Part shown: positions 10,230 through 21,599 of the stretch, piece by piece
How the letters are laid out: each line of letters opens with the position of its first letter
Numbering within the stretch: the stretch's first letter is position 1
From: Catajapyx aquilonaris
Lineage: Eukaryota
Direction of reading: 5' to 3'
NCBI GenBank assembly: GCA_000934665.2
Contig: JYFJ02003133.1
Span: 1 to 46,069 of the forward strand
DNA length: 46,069 nucleotides
Notes under the pieces: model-generated
The model's input: only the letters and a program-made list of their open reading frames with translations
What the model was told of the DNA's origin: nothing
The model's database searches: none
Made by a program: the position numbers and the translations under genes

Positions 10230-11060
10230 ACTCCACAGACGAGCCCGAGCAGCACCCTCAAGGTCAGATCCTCCCCGGCCAACCTGTCAATAGTCCATGC
10301 ATGCCTGCACCCCCTGTCAAATACCCAAAGCGAGCCCCGCGTAACCAAAAAACAACATGCCGTTAAACACGCCTCTAGCGGCCGTCTTCCTCACCTCCAA
10401 CCCCTCCGCTACATATTTTTACCCCGTCCCCCTGACAATTATTTAACAAAAACCCGTCCGCCAAACCCGTCCCAAACCTCGTGACCTCCGACCTGATATT
10501 TTCTACCTCATCTGAAACCCACCAACAGGCCCCGAGTGCCCCTCCTTGACCCCCACCCCCACCCGCCAGCCTTCCCTCTCTCCCTCCCATCCNCTCCCGC
10601 CCCCCACCCCCGCCAAGCAGCCAGAAGGGCTGAAGCAAGGAAGGGGGGAAGGTAGGGAGGCAGGCAGGCTGGTTGGCAGGCAAGAGTGGGGTGTCTGATG
10701 GTGTCCGCCCAAGCGCCCCTCGGTCGCTACTACCCTGAAGCGAGGGCCCTCCGCAGAGGCAGCACGGGGGCCACCCGCCGCATGCCCGTCGCCCTTGTTC
10801 CTAGCTGCTTCCATCCACTCCTCCTCCCCCGCAGCTAGTCGGAGAGAGGACAGGGGGACGGACGGGCGGTCTGGACGGGGGGCCGCCCTGCGTCATGGAT
10901 CGACTCAAGGTTTCTGCTCCCGACCACCTTCTAGTGCCTTCCCCAAACAACACAATGCGTCACTGCGTCGTCGTCTTCGCTTAGTCGCGCCTACCCTGCA
11001 TGGCATAGGAAAACGGGTGGGGGGAATATTGGGATGGGGGAGAGAGGCAGAGAAAAACGA
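10230..11060. promoter_or_regulatory. GC/CpG-rich putative bidirectional promoter
   Basis: Longest CpG-dense stretch not assigned to a repeat; lies between divergent genes; C-rich on the left and G/T-rich on the right of the + strand; two TGCGTCA (CRE/AP-1-like) motifs at 10889 and 10956. Confidence 0.65.
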
Positions 11061-12737
11061 GTGAACTGAAATGCGATGTATACAATAACAAACCATGCTT
11101 TTTTTTTTGTTATTTACGTAGTGGGAGGGAAATATGCGTAGTTTTTCGATCTGACCAGACAACTTGGATTTTGGACCTGTGATAAGGATAAGGGGGGCGG
11201 ATTAGGGGGAATTTTTAAATGCCAGTGTTTTTTTTGGAGAACTGGTTGGAAAAAAAATCGTAAGATAAATCTGCAGGGTATTGGGACATGCATAATTCTG
11301 CTCACATGAACCAGTGATCGTGTTGGAAGGAGCAGCATATTGGAGACCGCTGTTATGGCGTGTTGTGGTGTTTGGGTAGTGTACGTAGATGTAAACGTTT
11401 GATAAGTGAGTTTTGTGACATGCAGTTGGTTGTGCAGCAGCCAGGTTGTAGCGACATCCAGTGTTGTGCATCGTAATTGTGACAGTGTTGTAGCTGCCCG
11501 AGAGACGTGGGCATGTTTTTCAGTCCTGGTGGGCTGTTGTGATAGTATGCTTGATACCAGCGTGGATCCAAACAGTGGAGTGCAGTATGGTGTTAGTGTC
11601 GCGGATTGTCCAATTTTTGGCTGGAACCATGTGGTCTGGCCCAGCAGAGTAATATGCGGTGGTAATTCATAAATCACAAGGTGAAAAGTGGTGGTCCGTA
11701 ACAAATATGTGCTGTGAAAATTCACTTCGGAAATTTGCCTCCAGCTGTCATTTCAACATCAATGTAGCTATTGCCTGGCGTAATGTACATATTTAAATTT
11801 CTTCGTGCTATAATTTTGTTAATCTCTGCTGCAACGTTAATGCAGATGACCTTTTGATATTTGTGACTAAGAATATCACCATGCTGTGTTACTTGCATCT
11901 CATTCATCATGTTGTGACACATTCTGTGTCAGACTTGGTGTACTAGAACTACTGTTGATGTGACTTATTGTGGGAAAACTAGATTTATTGGACATACAGT
12001 ACGTTCTAAAGTGCTGAGGTAGGAGTTTGGAGGATAATGTTACAAAGTTATTTTTTTCTATTATTAATGATGAAAGACTTAAAATGGCCTTCAAAAGTGT
12101 GATAATGAGACTTCAAGTGCCTTTATGTTATTTTTTTTTAACTTGCAGATATTAATAGCTAATGAGGGGGATGCTATGACGTTATTGTGTTCAGATATTT
12201 GTCTCAGAGACGGACTTATCATAAAATTAAGAGTTCATTAATTTACAATTTTCATAACAGTAATGACAGATGTTCAGAACTAAAGTGTACATGCCTGATA
12301 AAAAAAATCTCTTGCATTCTAGAACTTTCAGTTAATTTTTCTCATATCTAGGAGATGATGTCATTAGGTTAGGATGCCTATGGAAGTTAAGTTAGTACTT
12401 TTTGTGGCATGCTGAAAGATAATTTTCACATTGGAACAGTGCTTTTCCCTGGACACCCATCATTACATGCACTGTGTTAAATATGTTGGAATACTAGCTG
12501 AGTTAATGTGGGAGGGACAATACTTTTGGAACTTGAATGCTGACAAAGTGAAATTTTGGTGTATGTTTTACAGCATTTGTGAATGTGCATGGTGTAATGG
12601 CATAACCTTGAAATATCTGATTTGTGGTATAGCTAATTTTTATTTATTTTGTTGTGTGGCATTTTCAGGCTCCAAGCACATTTCAAGAGACATGCCTCCA
12701 GTACTTCTGGTGTCTGAGTGAGCGCGGAAAGGCGGAG

Positions 12738-13016
12738 ATGTCCCTACCTAACCCGGCTTTGGGCAACAATACAAATAACATAAATAATAGCACCAACACA
12801 GGCAGTGGAAGCAATCATCCAGGAAGCAGCAGCACACCAACACCAGGAAGTAATCCAGAAACACCAACCCCAGGCACCCCTACTGCTGTGGGCAGTGGAG
12901 GAAGTGGAACTAACACAAACGGGATGGAGAGAGTTGGAAAGGACATTGGTGCGGTGTTTGCCAAGGAGGAGTTGTCAGATCTGTACCCAGAGAAGAGTGA
13001 AACATCTTACTCCAAG
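12738..13016 (+). CDS. C2H2 zinc-finger gene, coding exon 1 (low-complexity N/S/T/G/P N-terminus)
   Basis: Acceptor TTTTCAG| at 12668; ATG in GAGATGT context; donor AAG|GTATTA, phase 0 matches the next exon. The frame is open back to the acceptor, so an earlier start is possible. Confidence 0.7.
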
Positions 13017-13245
13017 GTATTACTTATTATTACCAATGTATTCTTGTGTGATTGTTGTTTGTCAGAGCCACAGTGAAGTGAAATTTCCAAAGCTAGAATA
13101 GCTAGAAGTAGGGAATACTCGTAAGTCGGGTTTTACCCTTAACTGCCATGTAGTTTAATGGTATGAAGCCAGTGTAAAGGAACCAATATGGCAATTCTAT
13201 TTCATTGGAGAGTTAAGTGTAGTGGTGGAAAATGTTGCTCCAGAT

Positions 13246-13615
13246 CACTGACTAGTAATAACAAGGACTGGTCACTCCCCCTCTTATCGCGTTGGGAGGG
13301 AGACCGGGAGGTAATGCAAGGAACCACAGACGGCGCTGATCAGGTCCCAGACCAAAGAGAAGCACTTCACATTGATGCCATCGATGACTAGTTCGAAGAG
13401 CAAGCGCTCAGACCCCAGTAGCTCATTGGTTTAGATAAGACCGAATTGAATTGGGAATTGGGAGGATTTGATCGATGGCATCGACGCGAAGTGCTTCTCT
13501 TCGGTTTGGGCCCTGTGATCAGCGCCGCCTGTGGTTCCGTACTGCATTACCTCGCCGTTAGCCTCCCAACTCGATAAGAGGGAGAGTGGCCAGTCCTTAG
13601 TATTACTAGTCTGCG
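13246..13615. mobile_element. Foldback MITE with about 140-bp TIRs and 8-bp TSD (P- or hAT-like)
   Basis: Arms 13246-13386 / 13472-13615; TSD CTCCAGAT at 13238-13245 and 13616-13623. Confidence 0.82.
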
Positions 13616-14537
13616 CTCCAGATTATAATACAAGTTGCAAAGTTACAGACAGGTAAGTGCCACATTAGTGACAGGTGCATTACAAGATAGAATGAGCTAG
13701 CTCTGTTCTTGGCATGCAAGTCAGCTACCACCACTGCAGCAGCATTTTGTTTCCTGCACCTGATTATCTTGTTTTATAATCTCAGATATCTTTTATAATA
13801 CCTTGGCATTTGCCACTCCACCTGGAGTGCATGCTCATAAACTGTTATAACTAAGAGATTGGCCACTCCTCTCTGAAATCTTTACCTGATTACAAATACT
13901 CATGCTTACTCATAATCCTTACAGTATTCTGTGATGATGCCTTATGTTCAAGACTTTACTTGGGTATTTTTTTTGCCTAATTGTTAGCTGGGCACTAAGA
14001 CTCGGTAGGGGTTATTTAATTAGGCATGACTCGGATCATCATTATGTATGTCACGTACAAGTTACATTGTAATAATCCCATTCTAAATCTGGCACGGAAT
14101 TTTCTTTTCATTTCCGTGTTTCACCAGGGTTGGGGCATTGAAAACATTGCTCATCATCCCTGGTGGAAAGTTGGGGATATTGAGCAGTTCTGAAGGAAAT
14201 GGTTTGAAACTTGTGAAAACTTCCTAAGTTCAGAGCAAGCATGGAGGAAGTATATGTTGCATTGGAAGTTCAAATTTCTTCACATTTCATTCATCATAAT
14301 ATGATGTTTCATTATATAAAAATTAGATGTCAACTGTGATTTCTGAGAAAGGAATGTCAAATTATACTTGCACTATTGACTTTAGGATCACATATTCTGA
14401 AACCACTAATGGATAGTTTGGTTCCAGCATGTTGATTGATTATATGTTTGCCCTCTATCTTCAATTTTCAAAGTCCTAGTGAGCCATTTATGGTTGAGTT
14501 TTATTACTCTGTTGGAGAGAAGAGAGAAAGTGTAGTT

Positions 14538-14881
14538 TATTTTTATTTTTTAAAGTTACCCCATTGGAGAGAACGGAGCTCTTTTAGGGGGGTGGTGAAC
14601 CACAGTAAATACCATTTTCTTATTTTTCTTCAGCATCGGTGCAAGGACGGAAGAACATTGGGTAGGGATGGGGATTTTTGGGGAGGGGACACGGGTGCAG
14701 CTGCAATGTCGGTAAGCGGGTCATGTGCAGTCCCCCAGGAGGTAGGTTGCCAGACACCTCCAAGGCGCGGGTCAGAGACCCTCCTGACGCAGGCAAAAGG
14801 GAGCTCCCAGGCAGGGATCAAACCTGGGACCTTTCACTCAGCAAACTGAGACGTTACCATCTCGGCCACCACACCTCCCCC
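14538..14881 (-). mobile_element. tRNA-derived SINE family C, copy 1
   Basis: Head TGGCCGAGATGG...GGTTTGATCCC on the minus strand; TSD GAGAAAGTGTAGTT / GAGAAAGAGTACTT; homologous to 25189-25912. Confidence 0.85.
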
Positions 14882-14991
14882 GAGAAAGAGTACTTCAGAA
14901 GAGGGGCTTGACTTTTATCAGGGGTCGAATCTTTAATATTTTGTCCAGGTGCAAAGTTTGCATACCAGACTTTAGTCCGGGGTGCAAGTTA

Positions 14992-15731
14992 CCGTATTAC
15001 CTCACTTAAAGCGTCATACCGCAATAACAAGGTAGATTTCCATCATTTTGATCCTTGACAAATTAATATGAATGCATCTGGTCTTGTACTAAAATAATGT
15101 TATGGTTAAAAATATGTAAGTGCAGGCGTACAAGGCTGTGAGAATATGCACAAGTTCGTCAGTTGCACATGGCATAGAGTGTGACCAATCACACATTCAG
15201 TCCTCTCTGAAAGGGGAACCCCCCTAAACATTACAAAGGTTCGAGGCAAATTCCTTCAGTCCTTCGTTTTGCTCAATAGTTCGCTGGTGACAGAACTCGT
15301 TGGCAATTGGAGGATCACTTTGGGTAGTGGTATCAATTTGTCTGAGAAGCCTCGTTACTTAGATAATAAAATCCAGACCCAACGTATGAAATTTCTTGGT
15401 ACATATGCTTCCCTTCTTGCAGCCTTGGCCTTTTAATTTAAAATATTGCCATGAAATGGGAACTTGGCCAACGATCTTATGGAATGTGTGATGTGTCAGG
15501 CAATGGAAGTGTCCTGGGCTGTAACCGCACCGTAGAACATGGTGTAATGCAATCATTTGAGTAATAATAATTTTCATAGACATCGCGATAATGCTGTGCT
15601 TAACAAAACCTCGCCTTATACTGGCATACCTCGCCTAGACCGGCATGCCGGTATGGCCGCCAGATTGTGCATTTTTAAAAACTGGTCGACCTCAACTACA
15701 CCGGCATGCCGCTTTAAGTGAGGTAATGCGG
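14992..15731. mobile_element. pogo/Tc2-like MITE, copy 1
   Basis: TA-CCGTATTACCTCACTTAAAGCG...CGCTTTAAGTGAGGTAATGCGG-TA; homologous to 18934-19641. Confidence 0.85.
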
Positions 15732-15780
15732 TACTTACTTGGAGTGCTTCATTTTTTATTGCTGGCTTTAGCCGTGTTAA

Positions 15781-16138
15781 TTAATTAATTATTTATTAAT
15801 TGGGTATACTTAATTGGGTATACGGCTAGCCCCAGAGGGGCCTTCTGCCAGACCTTTATTTCGATGTTATACAATTTTGGGAATCCTATTTTTTGAAGCG
15901 CCCTGGCCCACGGGCAGGATGACAGGAGGGGATGTGCAAAGTGCAGTGAATCCGACGCTGTGGCCATTTTTAGTGAACTCCCCTGGGTGGTTAAGTCTGT
16001 AGGATATACCACCCGAGACGAAGCCAGAGGTGACCCTGAACTCTGCACGAGATGAAGGGGGTGTCCCCGGGCTGGGATCGAACCTGGGACCTTAACATCC
16101 GTGGGCGCGCACGTTACAGCGGCGCCACTCCGTCTCCC
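15781..16138 (-). mobile_element. tRNA-derived SINE family D, copy 1
   Basis: B box GGTTCGATCCC on the minus strand; TSD TTAGCCGTGTTAA / TTAGCCATGTTAA; shared body with the copies at 24765 and 28090. Confidence 0.9.
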
Positions 16139-16264
16139 TTAGCCATGTTAAAAAGCACGACCAACAAGAGTGCAAACCTGGCACTCCAAGGGTCAGTCTG
16201 GAGTGCAGATGACCATTTTGGAGTGCAAATTGCACCTTTGCATCCGAGTGTTTCAACCGTTTTA

Positions 16265-16534
16265 GGGCGACACGGTGGCCGAGTGGTTAGCGCCGCAGCC
16301 TTCCACCTCTCAGGTCCCGAGTTCGATCCCCGGGTCGGACGGAGGATACTTATGTGGATAGAGTTTCGATGGGTTCTCTCCGTGTTCGCGTGGGTTTTCT
16401 CGGGGTTCTCCCGTTTCCTCCCGCTATCAAAATCCATCACATTTCAGGCAAATGATTAAAGTCGGTAATTCAAAAGATGATCCCCTAAGAGGCCCAAGGG
16501 GCCTATCACGGGTATCCATTATTTATTATTATTA
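16265..16534 (+). mobile_element. SINE family A (V-domain-like), copy 2
   Basis: TGGCCGAGTGG / GAGTTCGATCCC head; ATT tail; TSD TTTCAACC(C)GTTTT. Confidence 0.9.
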
Positions 16535-17101
16535 TTTCAACCCGTTTTCTGGATGTCTAAAATGGTTCTGTAAATAAAGCAATGTAACTGCAGTTTGTTC
16601 CAACTGAAATGTTCATAGTGGTGAATGATTTTTTTTTCCACTAGGCAGCTTATTGTTAAGCAGTTACTTTCAACAGTTACTCATAGGGATATTATTTGCG
16701 GAATGAGTAGGGTTGACCGACGCGTGGAAGGCAGGAGGGTGAGTGGTGGCTGGGGGCACTGGCTGTGTCGCAAACACAGTCCGGTCAGGAAGTATTGATT
16801 TTTTGGGATGGCACATTCGTTACGGCTGCCACATTCCCACACGAACCGCCGATAGTGTGGGTTGCAGGAACTGTAGAAAGAGGCAAATTCAAATCACAAG
16901 AGTGATGCTAAACTTACGAGATGGTGGTGGGGGGGAGGGGAAGGGGTATACTGTACCAACCTAACCTTCCTTCCTGGCGGATACAGACCTACCTTCAGCG
17001 GATACATGCCTATTCTTCAGCAGATACGAGGGAGAATCAAAAAATAATTGAGTAATTTTTTGATTCAGAGGTTTCACTAGAGAAACTGGAACTGTGATAT
17101 A

Positions 17102-18066
17102 CGAGGCATGTTCGGAAATGATTTACACTCTTTCTTTTTCCCGCTGAAGAAGTGGTCCTAGAAGTCCCATTATTCACCACTAGATGGAACAAGTCTTCCT
17201 GAGTGTGTCACAAAAAATTGGACGGCATTCGTGTCAGTTGTATCATCACCGTGTCAGTTGTATCATCACCGTGTCAGTTGTATCATCACGGTGCCCGCCG
17301 AAAGTAGTGCCCGTAGCTCTCGTCATGGACAACGTTGCAGGAGACTCCCATGGGCAGCGGTGGACGACATGGTTTTTGTGGACGGAAGGAGTGGCAGCGA
17401 CAGATATTCATCCTACTGGTGGACTGACTGGAGAAGGGCAATACGATCAACAGGGAAAGAGGTACGGTGTCACCCTTCGTCGTCTGTGTCGAAGGATCCA
17501 GCAACGCCGCAAAGGGAAGTGGGCGTGGAAGGTCTTGCTCCTCCACGATAACTTTCGTCCGACGAGGCCAGGTCCGGGGAATATGGTGGGTGGTTCAAGG
17601 TTGTTTATCCCAGCTGTTCCAGCAAAGATGTTGTTGCACGGCTGGTGTGGGGCCGAGTGTTATCGTGGAGGAGCAAGACCTTCCGTGCCCACTTCCCTTT
17701 GCGGCGTTGCTGGCTCCTTCGACGCAGACGACGAAGGGTGACACCGTACCTTTCCCCATTGATCGTATTGCCCATCTCCAGTTCGTCCACCAGTAGGATG
17801 AATATCTGTCACTGCCACTCCTTCCGTCCACAAAAACCATGTGGTCCACCGCAGCCTGTGGTAGTCTCCTGCAACGTTGTCCATGACGAAAGCTACGGCA
17901 CTACTTTTGGTGGGCATTGTGACGATGCAACAGACACGAATGGCGTCCAATTTTTTGTGGCACACACAGGAATACTTGTTCCATCTAGTGGTGAATAATG
18001 GAACTTCTAGGACCAATTCTTCAGCGGGAAAAAGAAATAGTGTAAATCTTTTCCGAACGTGCCTAG
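17102..18066. mobile_element. Foldback element made of two inverted mariner 5' halves, nested in 17027-18734
   Basis: TA-CGAGGCATGTTCGGAAA...TTTCCGAACGTGCCTAG-TA; arms about 17102-17553 / 17658-18066; encodes FLWTEGVAATDIH and VLLLHDNTRPH mariner motifs. Confidence 0.88.
17230..17289 (+). repeat. 3 x 20-bp perfect tandem repeat
   Basis: CGTGTCAGTTGTATCATCAC repeated three times; only one unit in the opposite arm. Confidence 0.95.
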
Positions 18067-18933
18067 TACATATGAAAATGCAAGTCTTTCTCTAATTTTA
18101 GACATAGTCGCCATACAATTTGGTGCATTTGTCCCATCAGGACACATGCGTTTTTCCATACCCCTGCAGAAAAAAGCGTCAGACTGGGTAGGAAGCCAGT
18201 GGGGGATGGCCTCTTTCACTTCCTCTATGTCGGTGAAGTTCTGAACTGCCAGGTGCTTCTTCATTGGTCCTAAGAGGTATTAGACCATGGGTAAAACCAC
18301 CTCTTTGGACCAAAAAAGAAGCACTAGCTTCTCAAGAACTCAGTGACTTCGAGGACGTGAAAGAGATCATCCCACACTGGCTTCCCACCCATGATGAAGT
18401 TCTGACCTGCCAGCTGCTTCTTTTTTGGTCCAAATAGGTGGTTTTACCCATGGTCTACCATCTCTTTGGACCAATGAAGAAACACCTGGCAGTTCAGAAC
18501 TTCACCGACATCAAGGAAGTGAAAGAGGCCGTCCCCCACTGGCTTCCCACCCAGTCTGATGCTTTTTTCTGCAGGGGTATGGAAAAAACTCGTGTCCTGA
18601 TAGGACAAATGCACCAAATTGTATGGCGACTATGTCTAAAATTAGAGAAATACTTGCACTTTGTATATCTCAGTTTCTCTAGTGAAACCTCTGAATTAAA
18701 ATCGGGTTTGTCAATGACTCATGAAGCTCCCAAGTAACTTCCTACTTTCTTGACTTCTTCCCTACCTTTCACCTATACCTGCCTAGGTATGTCAGCCAGG
18801 AGTGTTTAGCCAAGGTTTCTTGGTGGTAAAAAAACAGCCAGTGTAAGTCCGAACTCCTGAAATGTAGAATGCAGGAGGTGAATCAGTTAGGAATTACAAA
18901 AGCCCATCCTTTGCATTAACTCACGTCCTGATA

Positions 18934-19641
18934 CCATATTACCTCGCTTAGAGCAGCATGCCAGTATAAAATGAGCATTGCCGGTATAACCCGGGGGGTG
19001 GCCGGCATTCCGCAATAACCGAGGTAGATTTCCATCATTTTGATCCTTGACAAATTTGTTGGAATGCTTCTGTTATGGTGAGAAATGGATGTGGGTACAG
19101 GGCTGTGAGAATATGCAAGTTTTGTTGCAAAGTGCATAGAATGTGACCAATCCCATCATCCGCCTGCTTTGGGAGGGGGACCCCCTACTCCATCACAAAG
19201 GATCAAGGTAATGCAGCTCGCTGGTTGCAGGTCTCGTAGGTTCTATCGTTTAGACACATTGGTAGGCGGTTAGTAATAATCTCAGTACAATTAATAAATG
19301 AAAGGATTAATTTAAAAAAAAGAAGATATGCCCAAAAAATGAGCAAAGTGGGGATAGTGCAAGTAACAAGTGCTCATTGAACTCCACAATACTGTACACA
19401 CACATAATAATTATTGACACACACTGAGCATTTGAAAAATAAATATTGTACGGTGTTAGATTTGGAAAATGTGCCTCGATTTCATGCAAATATCAAGTTT
19501 TGAATGAACAATGCAAATGAAACCTCGCCTCATACCAGCATACCTCACACCGGCATGCCGGTATAGCCACCAGATCATGGATTTCTAAAAACTGGTCGAC
19601 CTCGACTAGACCGGCATGCCACTTTAAATGAGGTAATACGG
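18934..19641. mobile_element. pogo/Tc2-like MITE, copy 2
   Basis: TA-CCATATTACCTCGCTTA...TTTAAATGAGGTAATACGG-TA; colinear with 14992-15731. Confidence 0.85.
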
Positions 19642-19760
19642 TAAGAAGTAATAAGAAGACTGTGCTGAATATGTGCATGTCTCTCACTGCCAGTATCGTA
19701 GAAGGGAGTTGTAGATGAAATGCAGTGATAGTGACATGAAAATGCTATTTGGTTGACATA

Positions 19761-20788
19761 CAGGGTGATCGAAAGAGATTGAGCGTATTGTAAAACCCAA
19801 TAACTTGAAAACTTGTAAACATATCTAAATGATTTCAGTTTTGAAATGCTAAGAAATATTTAAAGTTTTGGTCTCACCATAGTTTGTTTCGATATGAGCT
19901 CTATTTGTCGCTCAGAAAATGAAAATACGGTAATCAGTGTCGTGCCTAACCCACTCTGACATGTTAAGGGTCACCATTGTGATACAATCCTGTAGGCGCT
20001 GGAGATGCCTAATCTTTTCACCATTCATGTATCGCCACAAAAAAGTCAATCAGGGTCAGATCTGGGCTTCTGGGGTGGCTAGGCATGGAGTAACTTCTCA
20101 TTCAAGACTTCGCACACTGGGAGGCTGAAGAAATTGAACTTTTATATAGCGGTTTGTTTCATGGATGAGGGGGCTTTTAAATTTGAAACATCAATAACAA
20201 TATGTGTGGTGTAATGATATGAAATATCCAGCACCTACAGGATAGGATTACAAGGGTAACTCCAGATATGATTGAGAGGGTTGGGCATGAGACCGAATAC
20301 TGTCTTTTTTATTGACCGATCGACAAATGGAGGTCATGTCGAAGCAAACTAAGGTGAGGCAGGGAGGCATGGTGGTCTAGTGGTTACGCCACTGGCCAGC
20401 CAAGCGGGAGGCCGGGGTTCAAATCCCGTCCCCGTCACCTCTGCTTGGGCGGGTCTATTTCTGCTTTTCACCCGACATGCTGGGGCAGAATCGCACTCCC
20501 TACTCTGCCCAGGGCGAGGAGAAAAGGTCTGGTGTATTTCACAAAGTCAGAAATGACTAAAATTACAGCGCCCTCCCTTGGGAACCTCCCCTTCCCCCCC
20601 AAGAGGGCTCCTCCCTATCACGTGGTATTTAAAACAAAAAACAAAAACCAAACAAAAAAGAGCTAAGGTGAGGCCAAAACTTTCGGCATTTCTTAGCATT
20701 TCAAAAGTTAAATCATATAGATATATATGTCTACAAGTTTTCAAGTTATTGGGTTTTTTAATTTGCGCGTTCTTTTTCCATCACCCTG
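19761..20788. mobile_element. Tc1/mariner foldback MITE interrupted by a SINE
   Basis: TA-CAGGGTGAT...ATCACCCTG-TA; long imperfect arms including a transposase-like C-terminal NGGHVEAN*. Confidence 0.8.
20361..20662 (+). mobile_element. tRNA-derived SINE family E, copy 1
   Basis: TGGTCTAGTGG / GGTTCAAATCCC head; CAAA tail; TSD CTAAGGTGAGGC (20349-20360, 20663-20674). Confidence 0.88.
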
Positions 20789-21599
20789 TACTTAATGTGG
20801 ATCATAAAACTTCTTAAATACACATGGTGGTGAAAGAGATAACCTCATGTCAAATTTCTAAGATAAACGTGCTCTAGGTAATTGTGGCTCAATTACTTGA
20901 CCGCATGTAAGTTTGCATGACATCACTCATGTCTGTTACTGCATGTTGAGGGCTCTAGAGAATGCAAATTTTTCACTGGGCTATTTTTATTCTTGATTGT
21001 GGTGTCCCAGGAAGCAGGGGGCCTGAGCAACTGGGTTGTTGGTGGCAGAGCTGATTTTGCAACCCTGCCAACCCTGTTGCTGGTGCCCCCTGCTTCTTGG
21101 GATCTGACAATGGAGAATAGAAATCTCCAGGAGGGTATCTTGCATTTTCAAAAGTCATGCAAAGTGCAGTCTTAGCAGAATATTCCTAAATGTTAATTGT
21201 GTGATACGAGGAAGATTAACAGTCATTCTGTAATGAAACAGACGTAATGGCCAAAATCAATTACGGGAAGTTTGTGATAGAAAGTCAAAGGGAACCAAAG
21301 AGAGGATGCACACATATTTCACCAATGTAAACAGATGGTGATTTCCCTCTGGGCTTGATGTTTGGAAAGACTGGAGTGCTTACATAACTTTTAAGGTTCA
21401 GTACTGCATCCAGTTCAACATATTGCTCTATTGTCCACTAACCCCCCCCCCCCTTTTTTTGTTATAAAATGTCATGGTGCTGGTGGTTGTTATCTTCATT
21501 AGCATCATAATCTTTTCATCATTATTATTAAATTACTATTCATTCCATGGTAGTATAGAGCCGAAAGTTTTGATTTCCAATTTTTTTGTCTTTCCTTAG

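Larger units (their letters stand above)
17027..18734. mobile_element. Foldback element made of two inverted mariner 3' ends
   Basis: Degenerate TA-CGAGGGAG termini; 18070-18300 and 18436-18665 are inverted copies encoding a mariner C-terminus (YHLFGPMKKHL...EVKEAV..WL.TQ..FF.RGMEK); 17057-17100 pairs with 18664-18700. Confidence 0.75.

Noticed and set aside
11114..11725. 203-aa minus-strand ORF
   Set aside because: No domain; antisense of a G/T-rich first-intron-like region
17230..17289. CRISPR-like array
   Set aside because: Head-to-tail repeats with no spacers, inside a mariner arm in a eukaryotic genome
17184..17741. Functional transposase ORF
   Set aside because: Internally deleted, frameshifted and running into the inverted arm
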